Below the pieces are notes generated by a model that did not search any database, was not told where the DNA came from, and was given only the letters and a program-made list of their open reading frames with translations. The translations under genes and the position numbers were made by a program. 64,000 nucleotides of DNA from an uncultured Spirochaetota bacterium (GTDB lineage: Bacteria > Spirochaetota > UBA4802 > UBA5550): contig CAWHAA010000006.1 in the NCBI GenBank assembly GCA_963827275.1, positions 249,144 through 313,143 on the forward strand, in the 5' to 3' direction. Of this stretch, positions 19,893 through 29,828 are shown one piece after another; within the stretch, counting starts at the first letter, position 1; each line of letters begins with the position of its first letter.

Positions 19893-19921
19893 TTTATAGG
19901 ACAGATCGCAAAATTCGTCAA
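19893..19921 (-). promoter_or_regulatory. Sigma70-type promoter for the RRM gene
   Basis: TTGACG-17 nt-TATAAA on the minus strand. Confidence 0.6.
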
Positions 19922-20039
19922 GAATCTTTTTTGTATGACAAACATATAAATCAAATTTTTGCTGCGCTATATTATACTTGATAATCGCAGCACCTCATGC
20001 ACTCTGGGAACATCATTATCGGAGAAGCACCGTCACACG

Positions 20040-20438
20040 ATGAAAACAGTTCCCGAAGAGAGGAAATTCTCCCCGCAGCATGTCTGGATCAAGATGCAGG
20101 ACGAATTTGCGGGGAGGTGCGGGATTTCCGACGGCAAGCAGACCGGGCTCGGCACCATCGTTTTTGTTGTTTTTCCAGAGACAGGCATTGAAGTCAGGGC
20201 AGGTGAAAAGGTCGGCACGCTCGAATCCGAAAAGGACTTCTTCAGTATAAACACGCCCGTATCCGGAGTAATCATCGAGATCAACCGCAACCTTGAATCC
20301 AACCCTGACTTGATAAACAGCGATCCGTACGGTGACGGCTGGATATATGCAATTGACGTCAAGGAACCCAACGAGTTTCATGACCTGCTGGATGACAGTG
20401 AATATGAAGACGTGCTGCTATCGGAAGGAGACATATAA
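20040..20438 (+). CDS. gcvH: Glycine cleavage H-like lipoyl carrier protein (divergent)
   Basis: LESEK (lipoyl Lys), TPVSG and INSDPYGDGWI motifs. Confidence 0.8.
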   Translation: MKTVPEERKFSPQHVWIKMQDEFAGRCGISDGKQTGLGTIVFVVFPETGIEVRAGEKVGTLESEKDFFSINTPVSGVIIEINRNLESNPDLINSDPYGDGWIYAIDVKEPNEFHDLLDDSEYEDVLLSEGDI

Positions 20439-20559
20439 CCGCGCCGTATTTTATTCAGTTAAAAAAATGCACTTGATTTTTTACCCTGATATTTGTAAGC
20501 TATTTTTGATAGATGAAAAACAGCAGCCTTGATAAAATATCACCAATGGGGAGCCAAGT

Positions 20560-20874
20560 ATGAAATTTGAAATCCTGATCCAGAACGTGTTCATCCTCCT
20601 TGTTATTGCCGTAATCATGGAGTCTTGCGTGATGGCTATTTTTTCCCTGACAGCCCTCAAGGATACATCGGAAACAAGGCCGGTGCAGATTGCCCGTGAC
20701 ACCATTATAGTCCTGCTCGCCGTCGTGCTCTGTTACAAGGTGGCGATATTCAGCCTGTTCCGGGGAACCGGTATCGAGCTGCATAAATATCTTGATACCG
20801 CGATAAGCGCCCTTATGCTTGTGCGCCTTACAAACCTGATCGGCGACTTCTTCAACAGGCTCAGGCGCGGATAA
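20560..20874 (+). CDS. Small hypothetical membrane protein
   Basis: 104 aa with about three hydrophobic segments; GGGAG upstream. Confidence 0.6.
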   Translation: MKFEILIQNVFILLVIAVIMESCVMAIFSLTALKDTSETRPVQIARDTIIVLLAVVLCYKVAIFSLFRGTGIELHKYLDTAISALMLVRLTNLIGDFFNRLRRG

Positions 20875-20942
20875 CCAGCAACTTCCGATAAGATATATTA
20901 TGTCTCATAGTGATTTTTATCTTACCGGGACATACTGCATGG

Positions 20943-21428
20943 CTAACAGCCGGTTTTCACCAGCGCCACCGAGTAGCACGCAATACCTTCCCCCCTGCCG
21001 GTAAACCCGAGGCCTTCGGTGGTCTTTCCCTTTATTCCGATGCGCTCAGGTGCGATCCTGAGCGCGGCGGCTATGTTTCTTTTCATGTCATCGACATGCG
21101 GCGCAATCTTCGGCTCCTGGCACACCACGACAGAATCAATATTGATGACCGATATACCGAGACCGGTAATCCTTGACCCGACATCCTCGAGGAGCACTAT
21201 GCTGCGTATATTCTTGTAGCGCTGGTCGTGATCGGGAAACAGCCGGCCTATATCCTCCAGACCCGACGCGCCGCACAGCGAATCTATGATCGCATGGACG
21301 AGTACATCCGCGTCTGAATGGCCGCCGAGACCGAACCGATGATCGATTTTTTTTCCGCCGAGGACAAGATCGCGTCCCAGTACAAACGGATGAACGTCGA
21401 AGCCGTTTCCTATCCGGATGTCTTCCAT
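20943..21428 (-). CDS. ispF: 2-C-methyl-D-erythritol 2,4-cyclodiphosphate synthase
   Basis: RIGNGFDVH, HSDADV and KTTEGLGFTGRGEG motifs. Confidence 0.97.
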   Translation of the reverse strand: MEDIRIGNGFDVHPFVLGRDLVLGGKKIDHRFGLGGHSDADVLVHAIIDSLCGASGLEDIGRLFPDHDQRYKNIRSIVLLEDVGSRITGLGISVINIDSVVVCQEPKIAPHVDDMKRNIAAALRIAPERIGIKGKTTEGLGFTGRGEGIACYSVALVKTGC

Positions 21429-21434
21429 CGTTGG

Positions 21435-21749
21435 CTACATCTCGAATACATCGGAAAGTGAGCTTAATTTCAGGACATTGAGGACTTTCGCGCTGACCTT
21501 CTTAATGTTGAGTGATTTTCCCTTCTTCTTCTGCAGCTTCAGGAGGCTGATTAAAACACCGACCCCGGAAGAGTCTATATAATCCACCCGTGACAGGTCT
21601 ATTTCAATGTTCTTGTCCGTGTTATGACCGATTTCAAAAAGCTTTTCCTTGAAATTTTTGATAGTCATCATTTCCACATCGCCTGAAACGCTCACGTTGA
21701 CAACAGTGGCGTCTTCTTTGATTTCAATATCCATTGGGAAAATCTCCAT
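21435..21749 (-). CDS. STAS-domain anti-sigma factor antagonist
   Basis: DLSRVDYIDSSGVGVL motif. Confidence 0.9.
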   Translation of the reverse strand: MEIFPMDIEIKEDATVVNVSVSGDVEMMTIKNFKEKLFEIGHNTDKNIEIDLSRVDYIDSSGVGVLISLLKLQKKKGKSLNIKKVSAKVLNVLKLSSLSDVFEM

Positions 21750-21975
21750 AATCGGTTTTTATTGAACGGAGGAAGCAACACGGTCTCCGTTCATTGCTGC
21801 CGTACCATCCATGGGTTGGCCCGTTACCATTTTTCAAAGACTATATATAAATGATACAGTTGGATTATATTGATGCTAAACGCCCTTTTTATCCTATCAA
21901 TAAGATAATATTTCTTATTATACAACAAGTCAAACAGAAATTTTTACAAAAAGATCATTTTATTGACATTATTGA

Positions 21976-24024
21976 TTATTCGTCCGAATAATTGAGGGTC
22001 AGCAGTATCATGCGAGGAGAAACCGAGCCGTTATACCTGTTGTTTTCAAGACGGTACACGATGTCCAGGGGACGCCCATCCTCGAAATACTCCTTCATTA
22101 CAGGGCCCATTCCCCATCCGATCGCCGTCAGTGGATTTACTTTTGATACGATATATTTTCCGTGCCCGTTGCCGAAATGCATAAACGAGTCAAATCGGGC
22201 ACGCCTCGTCATGAAGACAGGCTCGGTATTGCCGCTGCCAAAGGGCTCCATGCGGCCAAGGTCATTGATGAACGCGGCATCGATCACGTCCATATCAAGC
22301 TCGCGCTCTATGACCTGTGGGACCGCGCATCCAAGGCCGTCCCGAATTGACCGCTCGATTGAGGAGATACAATCATCAAGTCGGTCGGTATGGGCGGTAA
22401 ATCCGAACGCATTTTCATGCCCCCCGATCCTTTCAAACCCCTCATGTAACCCGTCTATCAGGCTGAAGAATTTCATGCCGCTTCTTGACCTGCCGGAGGC
22501 CTTTATAAGCCCGTTTTTACCGGGAAATGCGGCCACGATAACCGGCTTGCCTGTCGAATCAGCGATGCGGTTCGCGATAAGGCCGGCATACCCGTCAGGG
22601 ATATTGTCAGTCCTGATGTAGATAAGCTTTCCCGATGACTCGATATCCCCGCTGCGTATATCATCCAGGGTCCTGGCGCAGAACTCGTTGATAAAAGTCC
22701 TCCTGCTTTCGTTCAGGGATTTTATCTCCTGTATAATCGCGCGCCGGGAGGCAGCGTTATTCTCTATGAAGAAGTTCACCGTCAGGTCAGTCTTCCCGAG
22801 GCGGCCGGGCGTATTGAGGAGTGGCGCAATCGTCCATCCGATTGAACGCGGAGTTATTCGTTCGTTGTTGACCAGCGCTGTCAATGCATGGTGCTTCACC
22901 CGGGAGAGAGCGTCAATGCCGGTCTTTACAAGTACGCGGTTTTCTTCAACAAGGGGGACAACATCGGCTATTGTGCCGATGGACACGAGCCCTATGACGG
23001 AATCGATAAAATCGGCGATCTTGTCGGAGCCGGCAAGCTGGGCCTCAAGGAACAACCTGTTGAGAATGGAAATGCCGCGTCCGTGGATCTGCTCGCTGAC
23101 GCCTGCGGCCGCACTGACCCCCTCGATGCTCCGGTCGCCGGCTTTCAGTATTTTCCCGATAAACTCAATGCACGGAACGATCCTTTTTGATGCGTGGAGA
23201 CTTTTCAGTGCCGGCGCCAGCACCTCGTCGTTTACAAGGGCCGTGTCCTCATTATCCATCGAAGCGATGCGTTCTTCCAGCCGCTCCCTCGAAATACCGG
23301 TCTCAATTGCCTCAATGACGCAATTGCGGATAGTGGAAACCGAATACCCCGCATCATCAGGAGTGATGATATAGAAGAGCCTGTTATACGATGGCAGATA
23401 ACTCATCAGGAGCGCGTGGCACAGCTTGAAGGCGACGCCGACTCCCGCAAGGTGACTGAATGGATACCCGCATCCCGCGATGCGCGGGTTCAGCATGATC
23501 GCGGGAGGCAGCTCGATGTCCTGCTCATGGTGGTCGGTCACGATCACATCGATGCCGAGGGAATGCGCATAGTTTATCTCGGCAACGTCCCTCGTTCCCG
23601 AATCAACCGTGATGACAAGGGACACCCCGTTGCTTTTAAATTCGTCAACCATAGCGGCGGTAAGTCCGTAGGTCTCATCGTCCTTCAGGTACCTGAGAAA
23701 CGGGGTGATTTTCATCCGGTCAAGCAGGGTGTATATGACCGCGAGCGAGGTAATGCCGTCAAGGTCGGAATCAGCGAAGATCCCGATATGCTCGCCGCTT
23801 TCGACGGCCTGCCTGATACGCGCCACGGCCCGGTGCATGCCTTCGAGTAAAAAGGGGCTGTGCAGGTCCGACAGACGCGGGTTGAGGAAGGAATCGATCG
23901 CCCCCGGGGAATCGATGCCCCTCGAATGAAGGATTTCGATGATGAGCGGATGCAGGCCGAAAAGTTCAGAATGGGCTTCAGCACTGCCGCTCCCTGCCGT
24001 TGATCTGACGCTCAGGGTGTTCAT
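21976..24024 (-). CDS. recJ: RecJ-like DHH family ssDNA exonuclease with internal insertion
   Basis: DSDLDG, TVDSG, TDHH, LAGVGVAFK, GTIADVVPL, ASGRS and GGH motifs; start uncertain. Confidence 0.88.
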   Translation of the reverse strand: MNTLSVRSTAGSGSAEAHSELFGLHPLIIEILHSRGIDSPGAIDSFLNPRLSDLHSPFLLEGMHRAVARIRQAVESGEHIGIFADSDLDGITSLAVIYTLLDRMKITPFLRYLKDDETYGLTAAMVDEFKSNGVSLVITVDSGTRDVAEINYAHSLGIDVIVTDHHEQDIELPPAIMLNPRIAGCGYPFSHLAGVGVAFKLCHALLMSYLPSYNRLFYIITPDDAGYSVSTIRNCVIEAIETGISRERLEERIASMDNEDTALVNDEVLAPALKSLHASKRIVPCIEFIGKILKAGDRSIEGVSAAAGVSEQIHGRGISILNRLFLEAQLAGSDKIADFIDSVIGLVSIGTIADVVPLVEENRVLVKTGIDALSRVKHHALTALVNNERITPRSIGWTIAPLLNTPGRLGKTDLTVNFFIENNAASRRAIIQEIKSLNESRRTFINEFCARTLDDIRSGDIESSGKLIYIRTDNIPDGYAGLIANRIADSTGKPVIVAAFPGKNGLIKASGRSRSGMKFFSLIDGLHEGFERIGGHENAFGFTAHTDRLDDCISSIERSIRDGLGCAVPQVIERELDMDVIDAAFINDLGRMEPFGSGNTEPVFMTRRARFDSFMHFGNGHGKYIVSKVNPLTAIGWGMGPVMKEYFEDGRPLDIVYRLENNRYNGSVSPRMILLTLNYSDE

Positions 24025-24028
24025 GCGT

Positions 24029-24700
24029 CTACTGCGAGGCCTTCTTCGCAAGGTAATCAGCCTTGTCGTTCTGGCCGCGTGGTATATGCTCGATTTTGCA
24101 GTTTTCAATCGTTTTCATAAGTGATTTCGCCTGGTCGTACAGACGTTTCATCTGGTCGTTTTTCACCAGGAATTCGCCCTGCAACTGTTTCACGATCAGC
24201 TCAGAATCGGTGCGGATCTTCAGTTCCTTTACTTTGAAATAATGAGCGATCTTCAGTGCCCGTATCAACGCCGTGTATTCGGCGAAGTTGTTCGTGCGTT
24301 TTCCTATGTATGACGATATCTTACCGACCTGCCTGCCCTCGTTATCGAAAATCACAATCCCGATGCCCGCGGGCCCGGGGTTGCCGCTGGAAGCGCCGTC
24401 TATGTACATGGTAAGGGTCGAATTGAGCGGGACCGACGACAGTTCAGCTCCCTCGAACAGGACATGCTCCGGTGATTTTTCATCCTGTCCGCCCTCCTCT
24501 CCGTCCTCCCCGGCATCGTGGGACTTTTTGAGGATTACTTTCTTGTGACCGACCTGCTTTTCATACCTGTTTATCATCGATATTGCCGATTCAATAACAT
24601 CGACAACATCTTTTACTTCACAATGAGCCAGTTCGGAGATCTTTTCAAGGCTTTTGCCCTCTGCCAGGAGCTTCAAGACCCTGTCGATACTTAGCAGCAT
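24029..24700 (-). CDS. RNase HI-family protein with N-terminal extension
   Basis: DGASSGNPGPAG, TNNFAEY, TDSEL and NDKADYLA motifs. Confidence 0.88.
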   Translation of the reverse strand: MLLSIDRVLKLLAEGKSLEKISELAHCEVKDVVDVIESAISMINRYEKQVGHKKVILKKSHDAGEDGEEGGQDEKSPEHVLFEGAELSSVPLNSTLTMYIDGASSGNPGPAGIGIVIFDNEGRQVGKISSYIGKRTNNFAEYTALIRALKIAHYFKVKELKIRTDSELIVKQLQGEFLVKNDQMKRLYDQAKSLMKTIENCKIEHIPRGQNDKADYLAKKASQ

Positions 24701-24777
24701 ATATAAGTCCTTTTTATAGTTGAATCATTTCTTGTATATTAATTTTAACCGGCAACGCGCCGGCATTTATTTTAAAT

Positions 24778-25476
24778 TTATTTATAAATATACTTACCGC
24801 AGTTGGTGCATATCACCACTTTTTCCCTGTTCCCCGCATCAATGGCCAGGTGGGAAGGTATTTTGAAATTACAATTACCGCAAATCTCGCCATCGACCCT
24901 GGCAATGCCGGTGCCGTCTTTTGACTTTATCATTTTTAAAAATTTTGATTTATACAGGGGATTAAGCGATTCCACTATTGCGTTGAATTTTTCTTCGTTA
25001 TCACGAACTGTCACTTTATGTCCAGCCGTCTCTTTTTCAAAGACCAGTTTTTCTTCCGAAAAGACCCTCTCTTTTTCTTTAATTGATTCCCCGATCGCGG
25101 CCCCTTGTCGAGACATGGCGTCGAGGTCGTCGATCATACCGAGGGTCTTATCCTCCAGCGCGCTTATATCAAGCGTGATGAGATCGATCTCTTTTTCAAG
25201 CGCCTGCAGCTCTTTCTCCGTGTGGATAATCGTTTTCCGTTCCTCGAGTTTGAGCTTACGGTTTGACATCTCGACCAGAGACAGCTCATCCTGTTTCACC
25301 GCGCTTTTCATCTCTTTGATCTTTTTCTCGCTTGCGGACATGGCGGCTTTCTCCGCGTCCAGCTCCTTTTCAAGCGAATGTACCCGAACCATGGCTTTTT
25401 CTATCTGTGCCCGGGACGAAAGAACCCTGTCCCAGTATCCCTGCAGCTTTATCATGATCTCGATATCTTTATTCAT
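24778..25476 (-). CDS. Coiled-coil / C4 zinc-ribbon protein (DUF164/CT398-like)
   Basis: Long coiled coil followed by CGNC...CTNCGKYIY. Confidence 0.85.
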   Translation of the reverse strand: MNKDIEIMIKLQGYWDRVLSSRAQIEKAMVRVHSLEKELDAEKAAMSASEKKIKEMKSAVKQDELSLVEMSNRKLKLEERKTIIHTEKELQALEKEIDLITLDISALEDKTLGMIDDLDAMSRQGAAIGESIKEKERVFSEEKLVFEKETAGHKVTVRDNEEKFNAIVESLNPLYKSKFLKMIKSKDGTGIARVDGEICGNCNFKIPSHLAIDAGNREKVVICTNCGKYIYK

Positions 25477-25693
25477 TCTACCGCCACTTTCCAACTATAT
25501 GTTCCTATAATCCTGGTTGTCAGCATTAATGACAGCAATCAGGCTGCTTCCGGATCTTTTACATCGATATACGATTATGACCGGGTCCCCGTGAAATATT
25601 TTTTTATTCCAGCGGGATTTAATCATCAACAGTTCTATTATGTGGTCAACTGGAGTGTGTCAATATAAAAATTATGTCTTATGCAATTAGTTG

Positions 25694-26731
25694 TCAGAGG
25701 ATTAACATTGCATCGCCATAGGAAAAAAAGCGGTATTTTTCACGCACTGCTTCACGGTAAGCGGCCATTATGGCGTCATATCCGGCGAATGAAGCCACGA
25801 GCATCAGGAGCGTTGACCGGGGTGTATGAAAATTCGTTATCAGGCAGTCCGCTGAAAGGACCCTGCGCGGCGGGTAGATGAAGATGTCGGTCTCCCCTGC
25901 CCCGGGAATGTTCATGCCGCCATGGAAGGTGCTTTCAAGTACGCGCAGCGACGTGGTCCCGACAGCAATGATGCGCCCCTTGCCATTCCTGGCGCGGTTT
26001 ATGATCTCGGCGGTCCCGTCGCTTAATACATATTTCTCGCTGTGCATCTGGTGCAGCGAGATATCATCCTCCCTCACCGGCTGGAAGGTGCCCCACGAAA
26101 CATGGAGCGTGAGAAATACAGGCTGCACGCCCCTGTCCCTGATACTGGCGAGCAATCCGTCGGTGAAATGCAGTCCCGCAGTCGGTGCGGCTATCGCTCC
26201 GCTCTCCCGCGCATATACCGTCTGGTACCGCACGCGGTCTTCCTCTGCTGCGTCCCGCCTGATGTAGGGCGGGAGCGCAATCGAGCCGATGTTGTCCAGG
26301 TCATTGTCTGCAAGCTCCCTGTTCGATTTCAGCTCCAGGATGCCGCCTGACTTTTTGATTATGATGAACCCTATGGAGGGATCATTCACCGGGTAGAGTG
26401 TTTCACCCGCCTTGCAGCGTTTTGTACGGTTGGTAATCCCGGTCCACCTGGCGGCATCGAGCCTCCCGGTAAGGAGGAGCTCCAGCACGCCGCCCGAACT
26501 CCTTTTGCACGGTATGCGGGCGCTGATGACCTTCGTGTCGTTGAGCACCAGGACATCACCCTGTTTCAGAAATTCAGGCAGCCGTGAAAAAGCGCTGTGC
26601 ACGTGGGTGCCGTCATGGCGGTTGAGGACAAAAAGACGTGATTCATCGCGTGCCTGCTCCGGATACTGCGCAATCAGCTCCGGCGGCAGATGGAAGTTGA
26701 AGTCATCAAGCGTGAAACCGTCGGTCCGCAT
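25694..26731 (-). CDS. queA: S-adenosylmethionine:tRNA ribosyltransferase-isomerase
   Basis: LPPELIAQ, LPPYI, YQTVYA, AAPTAGLHFT and YRFFSYGDAM motifs. Confidence 0.97.
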   Translation of the reverse strand: MRTDGFTLDDFNFHLPPELIAQYPEQARDESRLFVLNRHDGTHVHSAFSRLPEFLKQGDVLVLNDTKVISARIPCKRSSGGVLELLLTGRLDAARWTGITNRTKRCKAGETLYPVNDPSIGFIIIKKSGGILELKSNRELADNDLDNIGSIALPPYIRRDAAEEDRVRYQTVYARESGAIAAPTAGLHFTDGLLASIRDRGVQPVFLTLHVSWGTFQPVREDDISLHQMHSEKYVLSDGTAEIINRARNGKGRIIAVGTTSLRVLESTFHGGMNIPGAGETDIFIYPPRRVLSADCLITNFHTPRSTLLMLVASFAGYDAIMAAYREAVREKYRFFSYGDAMLIL

Positions 26732-26734
26732 GGA

Positions 26735-27907
26735 TTACTGGAAGGAAAATGGATTTCTGATTTTCGATGCGATATACCCGCTGCGCATGTCCGTTACCGT
26801 GATGCCGGTATAGTAATGCTTCAATATATCACGGTACCCGAACCCTTTGCGCGCCATGCCCCGGGCGCCCCACTGGCACATCCCCACGCCGTGGCCCCAC
26901 CCGTTGCCCGTGAGCAAAAGCCCGTTCTCAGTTTTTTTTGAAGTGAAATATAAACTCATGATTTTATCGGACGGGAACATGAGTCGGAAATTATTACCGC
27001 TTACGGCTATGACCCCCTCAGAATGCCGGATGACCACATCGGTGACGCGGTCATTTTTTCTGCGGAAGGTTACATTACGGATACTGCCGATCCCGGGGTT
27101 CTGCCGGGAAAGATGGTTTCTGATTTCATCAAGCCCAAGGCGTGTTTCCCACCTGAATTTCGTCGAATCCTGGCAAAAGCCGCACCGCACGCTGTTTAAA
27201 TAGGGCATCTGACTGCCGTTCCACACATACTTGTCGTCTGAGGTCTTGCCGCCGCAGGTGGAATGGAAATACGAGAGTATGGGACGCCCCCCATACTCCA
27301 GTATCTCTCCGCTCGTGTCGAGCACCGCTTCTGTGGTGCTCTTTTTTTCATCGGCGATCCCGCGGTATACCTGTGACTGCGCGGTCGCATCGATATCGTA
27401 CGGTAAACCCTCTTTTCTGCCGTTGATCAGGTGGTAGCAGGTATAGGTCCGTGATGCGACGGCCTGGGCTTTGAGGGCGTCATGTTCCCAGCCCGAGGGT
27501 ATTTCCCCCGGTACAACGCTTGACAGGTATTCATCGATTCTCAGTATATTAACGACATGTATCGTTCCATTGAGAGAAATAATTTCAAGTGACCCCCGGT
27601 ACGGGTTTCCGTTCAGCATGAGGGGAGAGCCTCCCGGGACAACCTGAATCCTGCTGCGTATTTCAGCCGGCCTGAAAACAACCGACCTCTTTCCTTCCGC
27701 GTCGTTTTTTCCGGATATCCTGAACGCCGCCTGCGAGGAGACGGTAAAATCGGCTTGCGCCCTGAGCAGCAGGACACGGACCCGGGTAGAGTCAGGTCCG
27801 TTCCCGAAATTATTTTTCACCATGAACTGCGCGCAGGAGGTAAGCAGCAGCACACATAGCACTGAAAGCGCGCAACGAAATTGTCCGTACCGCGTCCGGA
27901 GAACCAT
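26735..27907 (-). CDS. SpoIID/LytB-domain lipoprotein
   Basis: Lipobox-like LTSC; ALKAQAVASRTY and GHGVGMCQWGA motifs. Confidence 0.9.
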   Translation of the reverse strand: MVLRTRYGQFRCALSVLCVLLLTSCAQFMVKNNFGNGPDSTRVRVLLLRAQADFTVSSQAAFRISGKNDAEGKRSVVFRPAEIRSRIQVVPGGSPLMLNGNPYRGSLEIISLNGTIHVVNILRIDEYLSSVVPGEIPSGWEHDALKAQAVASRTYTCYHLINGRKEGLPYDIDATAQSQVYRGIADEKKSTTEAVLDTSGEILEYGGRPILSYFHSTCGGKTSDDKYVWNGSQMPYLNSVRCGFCQDSTKFRWETRLGLDEIRNHLSRQNPGIGSIRNVTFRRKNDRVTDVVIRHSEGVIAVSGNNFRLMFPSDKIMSLYFTSKKTENGLLLTGNGWGHGVGMCQWGARGMARKGFGYRDILKHYYTGITVTDMRSGYIASKIRNPFSFQ

Positions 27908-27908
27908 A

Positions 27909-28835
27909 TCAGCTCTTCGGATGGTGCTTCTTGTGGATTTCCTGGAGCTTTTTCTTGGCCAGGTGCGTGTAGACCTGGGTGGTCGATATGTCCATATGAC
28001 CCAGAAGCTCCTGGACGGACCTGAGATCGGCCCCGTTTTCTATGAGATGCGTCGCAAATGAATGCCGCAGCGTGTGCGGGGTGATATTTTTCTTGATCCT
28101 GGTCCTTGTGACGTAATTTTTGAGCAGGCGCCATACGCTTTTACGGTTGAGGCGGGACCCTTTCTTGCTGATAAAGAGGTATTCGCTTTCACGCTTGCCG
28201 CAGATATCCGGCCGCGATTCCTGCAGGTATTTTTTCAGGAGGCGCTTCGCTTCATCGCCTATCGGCGCGAGACGCTCCTTGTTCCCCTTCCCGATGATGC
28301 GTATGAGTGAATTTTCAAAATCGACATTGTCATGAAGAATTTCTATCGCTTCACTGATCCTCATGCCGCATGAATACAGAAGCTCGAATATCGTCTTGTC
28401 CCGTAATTCATAGACGTCGTTTTCTGATATTGATATGAAAAGCGTGTCGACTTCCGCGATGTTGAGAAAATCGGGAAGCGTCTTTTCCACATGAGGAGAT
28501 TCAATCTTGGTCGTCGGGTTGTCGATCTCGTCCATTTTGTCCGAGATAAAATTATAGAACTGGCGTATCGCGGCGAGCGATCGTGCCTGTGTACGGGTGG
28601 AGTTTTTCTTTTTATTCTTCTCGAAATTCAGGAATTGCTGAATATCGTCCTGCGTTGCGGTAAGGATGTCCTTGTTATTGGAAGACATGAAATCGCTGAA
28701 CTTCTTCAAGTCATAGGTGTAAGAATAAATAGAATTCTCCGAAAGACCCTTCTCGACCTGCAAAAACCTTTTAAACCGATTGATTGCTTGAACTTCTTTC
28801 ACGTCTGATCTCCTGAGTGGTTGTTTTTTTTCCAC
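27909..28835 (-). CDS. xerD: Tyrosine recombinase XerD
   Basis: LYSCGMRISE, GKGNKER, HTLRHSFATH, LLGH and TTQVYTH motifs; no mobile-element context. Confidence 0.9.
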   Translation of the reverse strand: MEKKQPLRRSDVKEVQAINRFKRFLQVEKGLSENSIYSYTYDLKKFSDFMSSNNKDILTATQDDIQQFLNFEKNKKKNSTRTQARSLAAIRQFYNFISDKMDEIDNPTTKIESPHVEKTLPDFLNIAEVDTLFISISENDVYELRDKTIFELLYSCGMRISEAIEILHDNVDFENSLIRIIGKGNKERLAPIGDEAKRLLKKYLQESRPDICGKRESEYLFISKKGSRLNRKSVWRLLKNYVTRTRIKKNITPHTLRHSFATHLIENGADLRSVQELLGHMDISTTQVYTHLAKKKLQEIHKKHHPKS

Positions 28836-29084
28836 TCCTACTCGTTATGAAAAAAATTCACCAGGTATGTTATATTAATTAATGTATGAGTCTCTTCAAC
28901 ATTTACAAATTAATTATCGGACATATAAGATTATGTCTTTATAAATTGAGTGAAAAGTTTATATTTTATATAAAAAAAATGATTTATTTTAAAAAAAATT
29001 TTTATATTTGGTCTTTAATAGGGGGCTGCGGATAGAAGTGAAGGGAAATTATCAATTATGTCGCTTGGATGAGCAAAAAACCAA

Positions 29085-29828
29085 TCATAGCTTTCCTTTT
29101 TTCAAAGATACCGGCCTTTTTCCGGACTTTACGACGGGCGCGTCGGTAATGATCTTTCCGTCCTTGAACACGACTTTGCGGTCCGTATACTCCGCCACGT
29201 CCGACTCATGGGTAACCATGATAATCGTTATGCCGATTTCCTTGTTGAGGCGTGTGAAAAGCTCCATGATTTCTCTGGTGTTCGTCGAGTCAAGATTTCC
29301 CGTGGGCTCGTCAGCAAGGATGATGGCGGGATCGTTTACCAGGGCCCGGGCTATAGCCACCCGCTGCTGCTCCCCGCCGGAGAGCTTGTTGGGGTAATGG
29401 TCCTCACGGCCCGAGAGGCCGACTTTGGCCAGGAGTTCCCGTGCCTTGTCGGTCTGCGATTTTGCGGTTAATTCACCGCTATAAAACAGGGGAAGCTCAA
29501 CATTTTCAAGCGCCGATGTCCTCGACAGGAGGTTGAAGCCCTGGAAAACAAACCCGATTTTTTTATTCCGTATTTCCGCCTTCTGGTCGCTGTCAAGGTT
29601 GCTCCCGTCGATGCCGTCGAGGATATATTTGCCCGCGGTGGGAGTATCAAGAAAGCCGAGCACGTTCATGAACGTCGATTTCCCCGAGCCGGAGGCCCCC
29701 ATGATAGCGATATACTCGCCGCGGGTTACGTCCAGCGATACGCCCTTCAGCGCCCGTACCTGCACCTCTTCACTCAGATAGAACGTCTTTTCGAGGCCTA
29801 TTATCTCAATGAGCTTTTCCTTCATCAC
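29085..29828 (-). CDS. ABC transporter ATP-binding protein (MacB/LolD-like)
   Basis: GASGSGKST, LSGGEQQR and ADEPTGNLD motifs. Confidence 0.93.
   Translation of the reverse strand: MMKEKLIEIIGLEKTFYLSEEVQVRALKGVSLDVTRGEYIAIMGASGSGKSTFMNVLGFLDTPTAGKYILDGIDGSNLDSDQKAEIRNKKIGFVFQGFNLLSRTSALENVELPLFYSGELTAKSQTDKARELLAKVGLSGREDHYPNKLSGGEQQRVAIARALVNDPAIILADEPTGNLDSTNTREIMELFTRLNKEIGITIIMVTHESDVAEYTDRKVVFKDGKIITDAPVVKSGKRPVSLKKGKL

Noticed and set aside
27909..28835. XerD as a prophage or island integrase
   Set aside because: It has typical XerD length and motifs, is coupled to spoIID-like and queA genes, and has no mobile cargo nearby. Action in trans on the array is not excluded but is unsupported.
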